Below are positions 1 through 9,626 of a DNA stretch of 64,000 nt, one piece after another. The notes under the pieces are model-generated. The model ran no database searches. It saw only the letters and a program-made list of their open reading frames with translations, and had not been told where the DNA came from. Made by a program: the position numbers and the translations under genes. Position 1 is the stretch's first letter. Every line of letters starts with the position of its first letter. Location of the stretch: contig CAWHRD010000002.1 of assembly GCA_963831745.1 (NCBI GenBank), positions 275,603 to 339,602 of the forward strand. The letters run 5' to 3'. The DNA comes from an uncultured Chloroflexia bacterium (GTDB lineage Bacteria > Chloroflexota > Limnocylindria > Limnocylindrales > CSP1-4).

Positions 1-7
1 GTGGGGC

Positions 8-1555
8 TCATGGTTCCTCCCGGCGATCGGTTTCGCGCACGGCGAGCTGGATCGAGAACAAGTGCGATCCCCAGGGATCAAGCTCGACGTAGAGGCCGTC
101 GAGCAGGTCGTCGCCCGAACGGTCGAAGGCGGCCCCGTGGACGGGGTCGACGAGGCGGACGTCTTCCCCCCGCATCGCCCCCCAGGACCGAGGGACGGTC
201 ACGTGTCCCTCGGCGGTGGTGGGGCCGAGGTTGACGACAATGAGCCAGCGGTCGGCGTCCGCGCCGGTCTCCCCCGGCGCCGCGTCTTCCCAGCACCAGG
301 CCACGAGCTGGGACCAGTGGTCATTGCCGGGCCAACCCGATCGATCGCACAACTCCCAGGAGCCGGACCGCAGGGCCGGCTGCCGCAGCACGCCGAGGAA
401 GGCCCGATACCAGCGCTGCAGGTCCGGGTCCGGCGGCTCGTCGGGGGCCCGGCCGAGGAACACCGGCACGTGCAGCCGGCGGCCCTCGAGCTGCCCGTCG
501 TGCAGCAGCCGGGCGCCCGGCTGGGTCAGCGCCACGACAGCCGCGGCCCGCTGCCGGCCACCGGGGAACGTGGACGCGGCGCGGGGCTCGTCGTGGTTCT
601 CGATGAAGCGCACCAGACCCTGCTGGTATGCGAGGTCCGCGCAGAGGTGGAGGCGCACGGACTCGGCATCGCCGTGGGCCAGCCGGTCGTAGAGCCGCTT
701 GTCGTAGCAGTAGTCGAAGCCGAGCTGCTGGAGCTGCCACTCGAGGTCCCAGTAGGCCTCCGCGATGAGGACCGCGTTGGGATGGGTGGCGCGCACCGCG
801 CCGATGACGTCGGTCCAGTACTCGGTCAGCGGGGGCGGCTCGACGCGGTCGCCCCACGTCCGGGCGAACACCTCGTTCAGCATCAGCATGGCCATGTCGC
901 AGCGCACGCCGTCGCACTGGTCGAGAATCCCGGCCAGGGTGGCGGCCGCCGCGTCGCGGAGCCCCGGCGAGAATGCGTCGAGCTGGACAACATCGGACCA
1001 TGGCGGGAAGAACGGGTCGCGCCCGCAGGCGAGGATCCGTTCGCCGGCACGCACGAACGAGCGGGGATCGCGGGCGAGGTCGTCGTCGGTCCCGGGCACG
1101 AAGAAATCGGGATGCACGACGGTCCACGGGTGGTCGGGCGCGACGTGGTTGGGGACGAAGTCGAGGACCAGGCGCATCCCCCGGTCCGCGAGGGCCCGGC
1201 GCGCCGTGGCGAGGCCCGCCGGCCCGCCGAGCCGCTCGTCGACGACGTAGTCGCGGACGCAGTAGGGCGACCCGACGACGTCCCCGGGCCGGAGGTCCGG
1301 CAGGACCCGGCGGAAGTCGGCCACGCGCTCCGGGTCGGCCATCGCGATCGCGGTCCCGGCCGGGCTGCGTTCCCACACCCCCATCAGCCAGACGGCGTCC
1401 ACGCCGAGCTCGGCCAGGCGGTCCCACTCGGCGGCCGGGACCGTCGCGAGCTGGACCCGCCCGCCGGCCGCGCGCCCGAGGCGCTCCAGCCAAGGCCACG
1501 TGTCGATCTCGTAGATGAGCGGATGCGTCGCCGTGCCGGGTGTGTTCGCGCGCAT
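8..1555 (-). CDS. Glycoside hydrolase family 13 (alpha-amylase family) enzyme
   Basis: Part of ORF 8..1765. GH13 conserved regions are visible: LVLDFVPNHVAPDHPW, DGVRCDMAMLM, LIAEAYWD, FIENHDEPR. Start trimmed to the internal ATG at 1555 (MRANTPGTATHPLIYEIDTW) because the 70 upstream codons are Arg/Pro/Gly-rich. Confidence 0.8.
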   Translation of the reverse strand: MRANTPGTATHPLIYEIDTWPWLERLGRAAGGRVQLATVPAAEWDRLAELGVDAVWLMGVWERSPAGTAIAMADPERVADFRRVLPDLRPGDVVGSPYCVRDYVVDERLGGPAGLATARRALADRGMRLVLDFVPNHVAPDHPWTVVHPDFFVPGTDDDLARDPRSFVRAGERILACGRDPFFPPWSDVVQLDAFSPGLRDAAAATLAGILDQCDGVRCDMAMLMLNEVFARTWGDRVEPPPLTEYWTDVIGAVRATHPNAVLIAEAYWDLEWQLQQLGFDYCYDKRLYDRLAHGDAESVRLHLCADLAYQQGLVRFIENHDEPRAASTFPGGRQRAAAVVALTQPGARLLHDGQLEGRRLHVPVFLGRAPDEPPDPDLQRWYRAFLGVLRQPALRSGSWELCDRSGWPGNDHWSQLVAWCWEDAAPGETGADADRWLIVVNLGPTTAEGHVTVPRSWGAMRGEDVRLVDPVHGAAFDRSGDDLLDGLYVELDPWGSHLFSIQLAVRETDRREEP

Positions 1556-1758
1556 GGGACCCCAAGCGGGAGCGGTTCGCTGCGAGTGCGGGAGCCTCCT
1601 CCCGCCGGGCAGCGTACGTCGCGGGCGGCCGGGGGTGCTCCCCCCGTTGGGAGGATGTCGCCGGCCGAAGTGGGCGGGTAGGCTCGCGGGCAGTACCGGC
1701 GTCCGTGGTCCGGCGCGCGCCGCGGCAGTGACGTCCACCGGGAGGCTCTCACCACCCC

Positions 1759-3168
1759 ATGACAACCACCGACCGCGCCTCGCAGGCTCAGCAGCCCGCC
1801 GACGTCCTCGTGATCTTCGGCATCACCGGCGACCTGGCGAGGGTGATGACCTTCCGCTCGCTGTACCGCCTCGAGCGGCGCGGCCTGCTCGCCTGCCCGA
1901 TCGTCGGCGTCGCGTCCCGCGACTGGACGATCGAGCAGCTCGTGGAGCGAGCCCGCGACTCCATCGTGGGGACCGGCGAGCCGCTCGACGAGGCGATCTT
2001 CGCCCGTCTCGCCGCACGTCTCTCATACGTGAGCGGCGACCTCAAGGACCCGGCGACCTACGAGCGGGTCCGGACCGCGATCGGCAGCGCCACGAGCCCC
2101 GTGCACTACCTGGAGATCCCACCGTTCCTCTTCGCGACCGTCGTGCAGGGCCTCGCGGGCGCTGGCCTCACGACGAACGCCCGGGTCATCGTGGAGAAGC
2201 CGTTCGGCCACGACCTGGCGTCGGCGCGCGCCCTGGCCGAGGAGCTGCACCGCCACCTCGACGAGTCGCAGATCTACCGGATCGACCACTACCTCGGGAA
2301 GATGGGCCTCGAGGAGATCCTCTACCTGCGCTTCGCGAACACGATGCTCGAGCCGGTCTGGAACCGCAACTTCATCGCGTCCGTGCAGATCACCCTGGCC
2401 GAGGACTTCGGCGTCGAGATGCGCGGCCGCTTCTACGATCCGGTCGGCGCCCTGCGCGACGTCGTCGTCAACCACCTCATGCAGGTCGTCGCGATGGCCG
2501 CGATGGAGGCGCCCGCCGGCGGCGACCCGGAGACCCTCCGCACCGCGATTACGACGGTCTTCAAGTCGATCAGGACGGCCGATCCGGCCAGGTACGTCCG
2601 CGGCCAGTACGCCGGGTACCGCTCGATCGACGGGGTCGACCCGGCCTCGACAATCGAGACGTATGCCGCCCTGGCGCTGGAGGTCGAGAACTGGCGCTGG
2701 TCCGGCGTCCCCTTCCTCATCCGGACGGGCAAGCGCCTCCCGGTGACCCAGACGGAGCTGCGGCTCGTGTTCAAGGAGTCGCCGCGGCTCGGCTTCGGCA
2801 TCCGCGGAGAGCACAACCAGCCCGACCAGCTCGTGATCAGGCTCGACCCCTCGACCGGCGTTCAGGTCCTCCTCAACGCCCAGCGGGCAGACGCCCCGAC
2901 GCCCGACGTCGTGCCGCTCGACGTGACGTTCGCGGAGGCCGGCGGTGAGGGCGCGACGCCGTATGAGGTCCTGCTGCAGGCCGCCATGGAGGGGCGGAGC
3001 GCCCGCTTCGCCCGCCAGGACGGCATCGAGGAAGCGTGGCGCGTCTTCGGTCCCCTCATCGAGACACCCCCACCGATCCTGCCCTACGCCCCGGGCTCCT
3101 GGGGGCCCGAGGAAGCGAGCTCGCTCGCCGCCGACCACGGCGGCTGGCGCGATCCGTGGATCGAGTGA
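1759..3168 (+). CDS. zwf: Glucose-6-phosphate 1-dehydrogenase
   Basis: 469 aa. Dinucleotide-binding motif FGITGDLA and G6PD signature [17 protein letters not shown] about 12 nt upstream. Confidence 0.9.
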   Translation: MTTTDRASQAQQPADVLVIFGITGDLARVMTFRSLYRLERRGLLACPIVGVASRDWTIEQLVERARDSIVGTGEPLDEAIFARLAARLSYVSGDLKDPATYERVRTAIGSATSPVHYLEIPPFLFATVVQGLAGAGLTTNARVIVEKPFGHDLASARALAEELHRHLDESQIYRIDHYLGKMGLEEILYLRFANTMLEPVWNRNFIASVQITLAEDFGVEMRGRFYDPVGALRDVVVNHLMQVVAMAAMEAPAGGDPETLRTAITTVFKSIRTADPARYVRGQYAGYRSIDGVDPASTIETYAALALEVENWRWSGVPFLIRTGKRLPVTQTELRLVFKESPRLGFGIRGEHNQPDQLVIRLDPSTGVQVLLNAQRADAPTPDVVPLDVTFAEAGGEGATPYEVLLQAAMEGRSARFARQDGIEEAWRVFGPLIETPPPILPYAPGSWGPEEASSLAADHGGWRDPWIE

Positions 3169-3250
3169 GACCGCCAACCGTGCTCCCCGCACGCCGGATG
3201 CAACGCCGTCGCGTCCGGCCCAGCCATCGAACCGGAAGTGAGGTCACCGA

Positions 3251-4936
3251 ATGAAGGTCGTCATCGTCGGCGGGGTCGCCGGCGGCGCCTCCTGTGCGGC
3301 GCGTCTGCGGCGGCTCGACGAGAGCGCCGAGATCATCGTCGTGGAGCGCGGGCCGTACATCTCGTACGCCAACTGCGGCCTTCCGTACTACGTGGGCGGG
3401 CTGATCCCGCGCGAGTCCAAGCTCGTGCTCGCGGACGCGGCGCTGTTCCGCGCGCAGCTCAACGTCGAGGTCCGCACGCTGTGCGAGGCGGTTTCGATCA
3501 ACCCGCAGGCGAAGACCGTCCAGCTCCGTGACGTCGCGACCGGCGAGGTGACCACCGAGTCGTACGACAGGCTGGTCCTCTCGCCCGGTGCCGTGCCGAT
3601 CTGGCCGGCCCTGCCCGGGATCGACCTCCCGGGGATCTTCAAGGTTCGGACGGTCCCCGACGTCCACGTCATCCGCGAGTGGATGGAGGGCCACGTCACC
3701 GATCCGTCCGGGCTCGACACGTACACCGGGACCCAGACCGTTCTGCCCGCGCGGCGCGCGGTCGTGGTCGGCGGCGGCTTCATCGGGCTGGAGATGGCCG
3801 AGAACCTGGCCCACCTCGGCCTCGACGTCACCCTCGTCCAGCGCGGCCCGCAGCTCATGTCGCCAATGGACCCGGAGATGGCCCGCTACGTCGAGCGTCA
3901 CGTGGCGCGCAACGGCGTCAAGCTGGCGCTCAGCGAGAACGTGACGGGCTTCCGCCAGGCGACCGAATCGTCGCTCGAGGTGCTCACCGCGTCGGGCAAG
4001 GCCATCCCGGCCGACATCGTGGTGATGGGCATCGGCGTTCGGCCCGAGGTCGCGCTGGCGAAGACGGCCGGCCTGGCGATCGGCGAGCGCGGCGGCATCC
4101 TCGTCGACGACCGGATGCGCACGAGCGCCCCCGACATCTTGGCCGTGGGCGACGCCATCGAGGTCCGGGACCACGTCACCGGCGACCAGTCGCACGTGCC
4201 GCTGGCGGGTCCGGCCAACCGCCAGGGCCGGATCGCCGCCGAGGTCATCGCCGGGCGCGATTCGCGCTTCCGGGGCACCCAGGGAACGGCGATCATCGGC
4301 GTGTTCGGCGGCGCGGCCGCCTGGACGGGCGCCAGCGAGAAGACGCTGCGCCGGATCGGCGACACGGACTACGAGAAGGTCTACCTCTACCCGAACTCGC
4401 ACGCCGGGTACTACCCCGGTGCGCAGTACCTGGCGATGAAGATCCTCTTCCGGAAGTCCGACGGGCGGCTCCTGGGGGCCCAGGCCGTCGGCCTCGACGG
4501 CGTGGACAAGCGGATCGACGCGTTCGCGATGGCCCTCCAGTTCGGGGCCACGGTCTACGACCTCGAGGAGGCGGAGCTCACCTACGCGCCCCAGTTCGGG
4601 AGCGCCAAGTCGCCGGTCAACTTCGCCGGGATGGTCGCCGCCGACGTCCTCCGCGGCGACATGCCGGTGGCCCACTGGGACGACGAGCACCCGTTCCTCC
4701 TCGACGTCCGCCAGCCGGCCGAGCTGGCCGTCGAGCAGGTGCCGGGCGTGGTGAACATTCCCCTCCCCGAGCTGCGGGCACGTCTCGACGAGCTGCCGCG
4801 CGACCGGGAGATCCACGTCATCTGCCGGTCCGGCCAGCGGGCCTACTACGCGACGAGGATCCTGCTGCAGAACGGCTTCGCGGCCCGCAACATCTCGGGG
4901 GGGATGCTGTCGCACGCGACGCTCTCCGCCGGGTGA
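3251..4936 (+). CDS. CoA-disulfide reductase-type FAD oxidoreductase with C-terminal rhodanese domain
   Basis: 561 aa. N-terminal VVIVGGVAGGASCA FAD fold, redox Cys in SYANCGLPYY, second Rossmann VVVGGGFIGLE, C-terminal rhodanese loop ICRSGQRA. Confidence 0.85.
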   Translation: MKVVIVGGVAGGASCAARLRRLDESAEIIVVERGPYISYANCGLPYYVGGLIPRESKLVLADAALFRAQLNVEVRTLCEAVSINPQAKTVQLRDVATGEVTTESYDRLVLSPGAVPIWPALPGIDLPGIFKVRTVPDVHVIREWMEGHVTDPSGLDTYTGTQTVLPARRAVVVGGGFIGLEMAENLAHLGLDVTLVQRGPQLMSPMDPEMARYVERHVARNGVKLALSENVTGFRQATESSLEVLTASGKAIPADIVVMGIGVRPEVALAKTAGLAIGERGGILVDDRMRTSAPDILAVGDAIEVRDHVTGDQSHVPLAGPANRQGRIAAEVIAGRDSRFRGTQGTAIIGVFGGAAAWTGASEKTLRRIGDTDYEKVYLYPNSHAGYYPGAQYLAMKILFRKSDGRLLGAQAVGLDGVDKRIDAFAMALQFGATVYDLEEAELTYAPQFGSAKSPVNFAGMVAADVLRGDMPVAHWDDEHPFLLDVRQPAELAVEQVPGVVNIPLPELRARLDELPRDREIHVICRSGQRAYYATRILLQNGFAARNISGGMLSHATLSAG

Positions 4937-4937
4937 G

Positions 4938-5918
4938 GTGCCGGGGCGCGGCGATGGGATCCGGAGCGTGAGCCGCGCCGGATCGGGCCCCGGCGCGGCC
5001 GTCGCCTGTACCACCGAGCAGGTCGTGCTCGGGGAAGGGGCCCGCTGGGACGCCCGCCGCGACGAGCTCCTGCGGGTGGACATCGCGGCCGGGCGGATCT
5101 TCCGGGACCGGGTCGCCGACGACGGCGGCCTGGTCCCCGTCCGCGCGTACACCGTGCCGGGCACGGTGGGGGCGATCGCGCCGATCGACGGCGACGACGG
5201 CTGGCTGCTGGCGGCCGGGCGCGGCTTCGTCCAGCTCCGGCCGGACGGCCGCCAACGGACGATCGCCGAGGTCGCCCCGGCCGGCACCCGGATGAACGAC
5301 GCAGCCTGTGACCCGCAGGGCCGCTTCTGGGCCGGCACCCTTGCCGACGACCACCACCCCGGCGGCGGCGCGCTCTATCGACTGGACACGGACGGCCGGA
5401 GCGAGCAGGTGCTCGACGGGCTGACGATCTCCAACGGGCTCGGCTGGAGCCCGGACGGGCGCACGATGTACCTCGCGGACAGCATCCCCGGAGTGATCCA
5501 CGCCTTCACGTTCGACGGCCAGCGGGGAACGATCTCCCAGGGCCGGGACCTCGTCACGATCCCGGAGGAGGTCGGGGCGCCCGACGGTCTGACCGTGGAC
5601 GCCGCCGGCGATCTCTGGGTCGCCGTCTACGGGGGTGGCTGCGTTCGCCGTTACGCACCGAACGGCGAGCTCCGCGAGGTGCTGGCCGTCCCCGCCAAGC
5701 AGAGCACGTGCTGCGCCTTCGGGGGCCCCGGCATGTCCTGGCTCTACGTCACGACCGCCACGGAGGGCTGGAGCGACGAACAGCGGCGCGCCGAGTCGGC
5801 CGCGGGCCTCGTCTACCGGCTGGAGACGGACGCCCTCGGCCGACCGGCCGACCCCTTCCGCCCGGACCCTGACTGGTGGGTCAGCGCATGCACGCCGGAC
5901 GGTGCGGAAGGCAGGTAG
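4938..5918 (+). CDS. SMP-30/gluconolactonase/LRE family protein
   Basis: Typical N-terminus (VLGEGARWDARRDELLRVDI) and repeated beta-propeller blades (PDGLTVDAAGDLWVA). The start is uncertain; GTG at 4968 is also possible. Confidence 0.75.
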   Translation: MPGRGDGIRSVSRAGSGPGAAVACTTEQVVLGEGARWDARRDELLRVDIAAGRIFRDRVADDGGLVPVRAYTVPGTVGAIAPIDGDDGWLLAAGRGFVQLRPDGRQRTIAEVAPAGTRMNDAACDPQGRFWAGTLADDHHPGGGALYRLDTDGRSEQVLDGLTISNGLGWSPDGRTMYLADSIPGVIHAFTFDGQRGTISQGRDLVTIPEEVGAPDGLTVDAAGDLWVAVYGGGCVRRYAPNGELREVLAVPAKQSTCCAFGGPGMSWLYVTTATEGWSDEQRRAESAAGLVYRLETDALGRPADPFRPDPDWWVSACTPDGAEGR

Positions 5919-6157
5919 CTCGCGGCGGCCGAACGGGCAGTGTTCCGCAAGGTCGGCCAGCTTGGCCGCCGACTTCGATCGCCCGGGTAGTTGCGCAGGG
6001 CCCGATCCGATCGGACAATGGGTACAGGGCCGATGACGGGCGGAGCTCGAGGGATGCCGCCCGGACCCGGCGTCGGCCCGTGGTCGGGTACACTCTCGCG
6101 GCGCAACGGTGTCAGCGGCGGCGCGAGACGCCCGCCCGGCACCGGGTTTCGCTCCGC

Positions 6158-6234
6158 GGTGGCCTTAGCTCAATCGGCAGAGCATCGGATTGTGGCTCCG
6201 AAGGTTACGGGTTCAAGCCCCGTAGGCCACCCCA
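6158..6234 (+). tRNA. tRNA-His (anticodon GTG) with encoded G-1 and CCA
   Basis: Hand-folded cloverleaf. G-1, acceptor GTGGCCT/AGGCCAC, D arm GCTC..GAGC, anticodon arm TCGGA-TTGTGGC-TCCGA (GTG at 6192-6194), T arm ACGGG-TTCAAGC-CCCGT, discriminator C, CCA at 6232-6234. Confidence 0.93.
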
Positions 6235-6451
6235 CCACTCCGCACGGACGACCGGCATGGAGCGGCGCTCAGCGGCAGGGAGCGGCACCGAGATTGCTAC
6301 AGAGACTGCTACAAAGCGCGCGGCGACGGCTACTCGGTCGCTCGGTGCTCCCCGGCGGCGCGGCCCACAATGCCTAGTCATGAACGTCGTCGCGCTGAAC
6401 GTCTGCCACGCAGGTCGCGACCGGGCAGACGCGGTTGCGGCAGCGATCCTC

Positions 6452-6495
6452 GTCCCATCCTCCGAGGAGAGCGGAGCGCCCGGTGCGGAGCCGGG
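6452..6495 (+). repeat. R2 interspersed repeat, copy a
   Basis: GTCCCATCCTCCGAGGAGAGCGGAGCGCCCGGTGCGGAGCCGGG, nearly identical to the copy at 7006-7049. Terminal hairpin GCCCGG-TGCGGAG-CCGGGC. Confidence 0.8.
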
Positions 6496-6497
6496 CT

Positions 6498-6839
6498 TTA
6501 GTCCTTCGCCGCCGCCTTCTGGAAGGCGGCCAGGAAGACCTTCCAGCCGGCGTCGCTCAGGTAGGTGTGCGTGGAGCCCGGCATGACGTCGAGCGAGACG
6601 GGGTTCCCTTGAGCCTTGAGGACGGAGAACAGGAGCTCCTGCGACTCGCGGACGTCGAGGATGCCGTCGGTGAGCGCCCGTTCGCCTCGAGTGATGCTCG
6701 TGTCCGACGACCCGGGCGCCGACTACGACCGCCCACTGCCCGACCCGGAGGCCACTGACGCATTCTTCGCCCTGCGCGACCCGTCCGGGGTCCTGCGCCG
6801 GCCGACGAGGAGCCGCCCCGTCGGTAGGCTCGCGTTCAT
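6498..6839 (-). pseudogene. Remnant of lipoprotein esterase paralog (signal-peptide start fused to C-terminal ~60 codons, frame-broken)
   Basis: The minus strand starts MNASLPTGRLLVG (compare MREQQSMGRLFVG of 15067..16059). In another frame it ends ILDVRESQELLFSVLKAQGNPVSLDVMPGSTHTYLSDAGWKVFLAAFQKAAAKD*, matching the C-terminus of the 15067..16059 protein. The middle about 200 codons are missing. Confidence 0.7.
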
Positions 6840-6864
6840 CCCCCAACCCTCCTCGGGACGCCAT

Positions 6865-6939
6865 CGCGGGTCGGTCTCGCCAGTGGCTCCGCGCGGTCGG
6901 GGCGACCGGAGTGTGGACCGAGTGTCAGAGCCTCCCGCC
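6865..6939 (-). repeat. R1 structured leader-like element, copy a
   Basis: Reverse complement reads GGCGGGAGGCTCTGAC...CCGACCGCGCGGAGCCACTGGCGAGACCGACCCGCG. It ends 25 nt upstream of the pseudogene start at 6839. Confidence 0.8.
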
Positions 6940-7005
6940 AACTGCTGATCGTGGGCGGCGGACGGGCACCTGACGAGGGTCGAACGGCCCCCTGACGCCC
7001 GGCGC

Positions 7006-7049
7006 GACCCATCCTCCGAGGAGAGCGGAGCGCCCGGTGCGGAGCCGGG
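7006..7049 (+). repeat. R2 interspersed repeat, copy b
   Basis: GACCCATCCTCCGAGGAGAGCGGAGCGCCCGGTGCGGAGCCGGG. Together with R1a it forms a ~190-bp composite unit. Confidence 0.8.
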
Positions 7050-7194
7050 GGCGATCAGCGCGAGGACGGGGGACGTGTCGGAGGAATGCACGGCATGCGG
7101 GGATTGTCACCCGAGGGATCGGCCCTTGGTCAGGGCTCGGGCGGATCGCAGGTTTCGTGGCGCTGGGACAGCTCTGCCGTGCGGCGTGCCACCG

Positions 7195-7458
7195 TCAGAG
7201 GCTCCTCGTCGCCAGAAGGTCGCGTAGCCCGTGCACGGCTTCCTCGAGATCATCCAACATCCAGCGGGTGTGCTCGGCCTCATGGGGCACGTACCGGCCG
7301 CGCTCGAGGAGGTTCAGGTCTCGTTCGAGGCTGTCCAGCGCTTCCATGGCGTCGGCGATGTGCTCATGGGACTTCGCGTACGTGCCCTGGTCGGGTGCTG
7401 TCGTCGTGGTCAGGCGCTCCACGGCAACGAGACGGTGGGGACTGGAAGACCTGAGCAT
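7195..7458 (-). CDS. Hypothetical protein (87 aa, helical)
   Basis: The ORF has non-shadow amino-acid composition (MLRSSSPHRLVAVERL...EALDSLERDLNLLERGRY). AGGTGA lies 5 nt upstream and an R1 element immediately upstream. Confidence 0.5.
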   Translation of the reverse strand: MLRSSSPHRLVAVERLTTTTAPDQGTYAKSHEHIADAMEALDSLERDLNLLERGRYVPHEAEHTRWMLDDLEEAVHGLRDLLATRSL

Positions 7459-7484
7459 CTCGTCACCTACGTCGAACGGCGCGG

Positions 7485-7557
7485 CGCGGTCGGTCTCGCC
7501 AGTGGCTCGGCGCGGTCCCGGCGGCCGGGTGTGGGCCGCGCGTCAGAGCCTCCCACC
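7485..7557 (-). repeat. R1 structured leader-like element, copy b
   Basis: Reverse complement GGTGGGAGGCTCTGACGCGCGGCCCACACCCGGCCGCCGGGACCGCGCCGAGCCACTGGCGAGACCGACCGCG. It ends 26 nt upstream of the ATG at 7458. Confidence 0.8.
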
Positions 7558-7596
7558 AACGTCAATTGTCCCACCGGCAGCAAGGGACTTGTCCAG

Positions 7597-7845
7597 ATGG
7601 ACCGCCCAGGTCATCGACTTCAACCTGCCCCAAGCCGTTGGCAAGGCTTCCGACTCACGCGCCGCAGGCTTCGTGGCTCGCCACGGGGAACTGGTACAGG
7701 TCGAGTTGGACGCGTTGCCACCGGACGTCCTGCGCGACCTATTCGAGATCGCGCTCGCTGAGTTCTGGGACGAGTCCGCGTACCAGCGCTCGCTCGACCG
7801 GGAGAAGGCCGACCGCGAGCAGTTGTTCGAGGTTGGGGATGACGG
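7597..7845 (+). pseudogene. Orphan coding-like fragment (no start codon), unknown family
   Basis: This frame of ORF 7037..8092 reads ...GFVARHGELVQVELDALPPDVLRDLFEIALAEFWDESAYQRSLDREKADREQLFEV. The composition is protein-like, unlike the flanking Arg-rich text. It collides head-on with the truncated esterase copy at about 7850. Confidence 0.25.
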
Positions 7846-8215
7846 CGGCCTGAGAGTTGACCGCCAGTTGTCCGTCGTACGTGAACTCCCAGGCGCCCCC
7901 TCCGGGCACGTGGCCCCAGTCCGGTACGAACACGACGAACCCGAGGTCCGCGACCTTTCGAGCGTGGTCACGGTAGTCAGACTTCGTCGAGACGCCGCTT
8001 GGTGCGCCGTGGAACATCACGACCACCGGCCACGGCCCGGCCGTGGCCGGCGCATAGACGTCGAGCACGCCCGGCAACAGCAGCGGGTTTGACAATTCGT
8101 AGGCGATGTCGCTGATCTTGGTCACGCTCGGCGTGGCGCCGGCAGCGCAGCCACCCACCAGGAACATGACGACCAGGCCGACGAGGAGCCGGCCAGTCGT
8201 TGGGTGCTCGCGCAT
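7739..8215 (-). pseudogene. Truncated lipoprotein esterase paralog (N-terminal ~125 codons only)
   Basis: MREHPTTGRLLVGLVVMFLVGGCAAGATPSVTK...VVVMFHGAP...ARKVADLGFVVF..WGHVPGG is collinear with 15067..16059. Similarity stops at about residue 125, before the GHSGG nucleophile, where the orphan fragment begins. Confidence 0.65.
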
Positions 8216-8238
8216 CCTTCGTCCCCCCGGACGTCAAT

Positions 8239-8311
8239 CGCGGGTCGGTCTCGCCAGTGGCTCGGCGCGGTCCCGGCGGCCTGAGTGTGGGCCGCGTGTC
8301 AGAGCCTCCCG
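8239..8311 (-). repeat. R1 structured leader-like element, copy c
   Basis: Reverse complement CGGGAGGCTCTGACACGCGGCCCACACTCAGGCCGCCGGGACCGCGCCGAGCCACTGGCGAGACCGACCCGCG. It ends 23 nt upstream of the ATG at 8215. Confidence 0.8.
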
Positions 8312-8365
8312 TCAGCCGCTCACCGTAGGCGCGTGCCGGGCATCTGGCGAGAGGCGAACGGCCCG

Positions 8366-8419
8366 GTGCGCATCCCATTCCGTCACCCGAAGGGCGGAGC
8401 GAACGGCGGGGCCCCCGGC
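8366..8419 (+). repeat. R2 interspersed repeat, copy c (degenerate)
   Basis: GTGCGCATCCCATTCCGTCACCCGAAGGGCGGAGCGAACGGCGGGGCCCCCGG. Preceded by the shared linker GAGGCGAACGGCCC. Forms a composite unit with R1c. Confidence 0.6.
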
Positions 8420-8539
8420 CGCCTGCGCCGCAGTCCCGCGTTCCCGCCTATCCGGCGGACCGGGGAGGCCGGGCAGAGCCGAGGGCCGCACCCATTCTCC
8501 TCGCTGCATTCATCAAGCGCAACGGCCTCCGGACGCCAG

Positions 8540-8586
8540 ATGCGCGTCCCATCCCGGCAAGCCGGAGCGGAGCGGCGTGCCCCGGC
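8540..8586 (+). repeat. R2 interspersed repeat, copy d
   Basis: ATGCGCGTCCCATCCCGGCAAGCCGGAGCGGAGCGGCGTGCCCCGGCC. Confidence 0.7.
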
Positions 8587-8588
8587 CA

Positions 8589-8822
8589 CTACCCTCGGAC
8601 GAGGTGGATGATCGCCTCGTCGGTCATCTCTTCCTCGTCCTCCTCCTCGCCTTCGTCGGGAGGGAGGATCGCGATCTCGCGGAAGGCCTCGATGATCTCG
8701 GCGTCGGTCATCTCATCCTCCCGGCTCCTCAAGTCATCGACTGCCGTCCGCTTGGCGCGGCGCCACCGCCTCTCCGCCGTGGATGGCGTCGGCTCTGGGG
8801 CCGATGCGTGCTCGTCGCTCAT
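8589..8822 (-). CDS. Hypothetical small acidic protein
   Basis: MSDEHASAPEP...EMTDAEIIEAFREIAILPPDEGEEEDEEEMTDEAIIHLVRG, with an internal EMTD(A/E)xII duplication. AGGAG lies 12 nt upstream of the ATG at 8822. The ORF track start at 8855 is also possible. Confidence 0.5.
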   Translation of the reverse strand: MSDEHASAPEPTPSTAERRWRRAKRTAVDDLRSREDEMTDAEIIEAFREIAILPPDEGEEEDEEEMTDEAIIHLVRG

Positions 8823-8904
8823 GGTGCTCGTCACTCCTGTGGGTCCGGCAAGCATGCGCGTGAGCGCGCACGCTCACAAGGTGACCGCTGCCCCGGGATG
8901 CCCG

Positions 8905-8957
8905 ATGCACATCCCATCCTCCGAAGAGAGCGGGCGTCCCGTGCGGAGCGGGGCCGG
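8905..8957 (+). repeat. R2 interspersed repeat, copy e
   Basis: ATGCACATCCCATCCTCCGAAGAGAGCGGGCGTCCCGTGCGGAGCGGGGCCGGG. Hairpin UCCCG-UGCGGAG-CGGGG. Confidence 0.75.
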
Positions 8958-9176
8958 GTGTAGCCGTGCCGCACGGATCCGCGCCCGGTGAGCGGCAGCC
9001 CTCAGCGGTCGAGGCCGAGTCTCCGTAGGACGCGGTAGGGGTCGCCATAGCCGACCGACTGGACTCCTGGCGCTGACGCCGCAATGGTCTCGACCTGCTC
9101 GACCAGCTCCCGGCTCGACCGCGTCCATCAGGCGTCCCAGCATCGATGTAGCCTTGGCCCGAGGAGGAGCCGACGC

Positions 9177-9602
9177 ATGGAGCGAAGGATGCGGAGGGCC
9201 AGCCTCGTCCTGCTGGCGGCGGCCGTCCTCGCGGGCTGCAGTGGAGTCGCCACCATCCAGCCGAGTCTGTCCGAGGGTCGGGGCACCGGAGGCCGCTCGT
9301 GGAGTGATCGTGAGCATGGGGAGGACGTGACGGTCACGACAAAGACCACGATCTCGGGCCAGATCGACGGCACCGTCACCGTAGCGAAGGGGGGCGTGCT
9401 GACGCTCTACGGCCGGGTGGAAGAGGACCTGATCATCGACAAGAACGGGCGGGCCGATGTCTACGGGATGGTCCTCGGGGATGTCGTCAATCGTGGCGGC
9501 ACGGTGACGGTGTACGGGTGGGTTGGAGGCCGGGTGATCAGGCAGGGCGGCGAGACCGTGGTGAGCCCGGGCGCGGTGGTCAAGGGGTCGCCGGTGCCCT
9601 GA
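9177..9602 (+). CDS. Putative lipoprotein with short beta-strand repeats
   Basis: Internal ATG preceded by GAGGAGGAG. Lipobox LLAAAVLAGCSG. Repetitive G-x-V segments (GTVTVAKGGVLTLYGRV, GGTVTVYGWVGGRV). Confidence 0.6.
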   Translation: MERRMRRASLVLLAAAVLAGCSGVATIQPSLSEGRGTGGRSWSDREHGEDVTVTTKTTISGQIDGTVTVAKGGVLTLYGRVEEDLIIDKNGRADVYGMVLGDVVNRGGTVTVYGWVGGRVIRQGGETVVSPGAVVKGSPVP

Positions 9603-9626
9603 CGGGCGCATGGATTGGGCGCCTCG

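Noticed and set aside
3056-5338. 760-aa minus-strand ORF antisense to the CoADR and SMP-30 genes. The same class includes 26187..28784, 33061..35799, 40156..42657, 44722..48534, 55176..57890, 59545..62061, 30112..32508, 31258..33078 and 22942..24717.
   Set aside because: They are Arg/Pro/Gly/Ala-rich with no recognisable motifs. They lie antisense or out of frame to ORFs with clear family signatures. Long stop-free shadow frames are expected at this GC content.
8860-8877. Inverted repeat GTGAGCG-cgca-CGCTCAC upstream of the small acidic ORF, as an operator.
   Set aside because: It is a 7-bp arm in very GC-rich DNA and occurs only once. That is too weak to call without comparative support.
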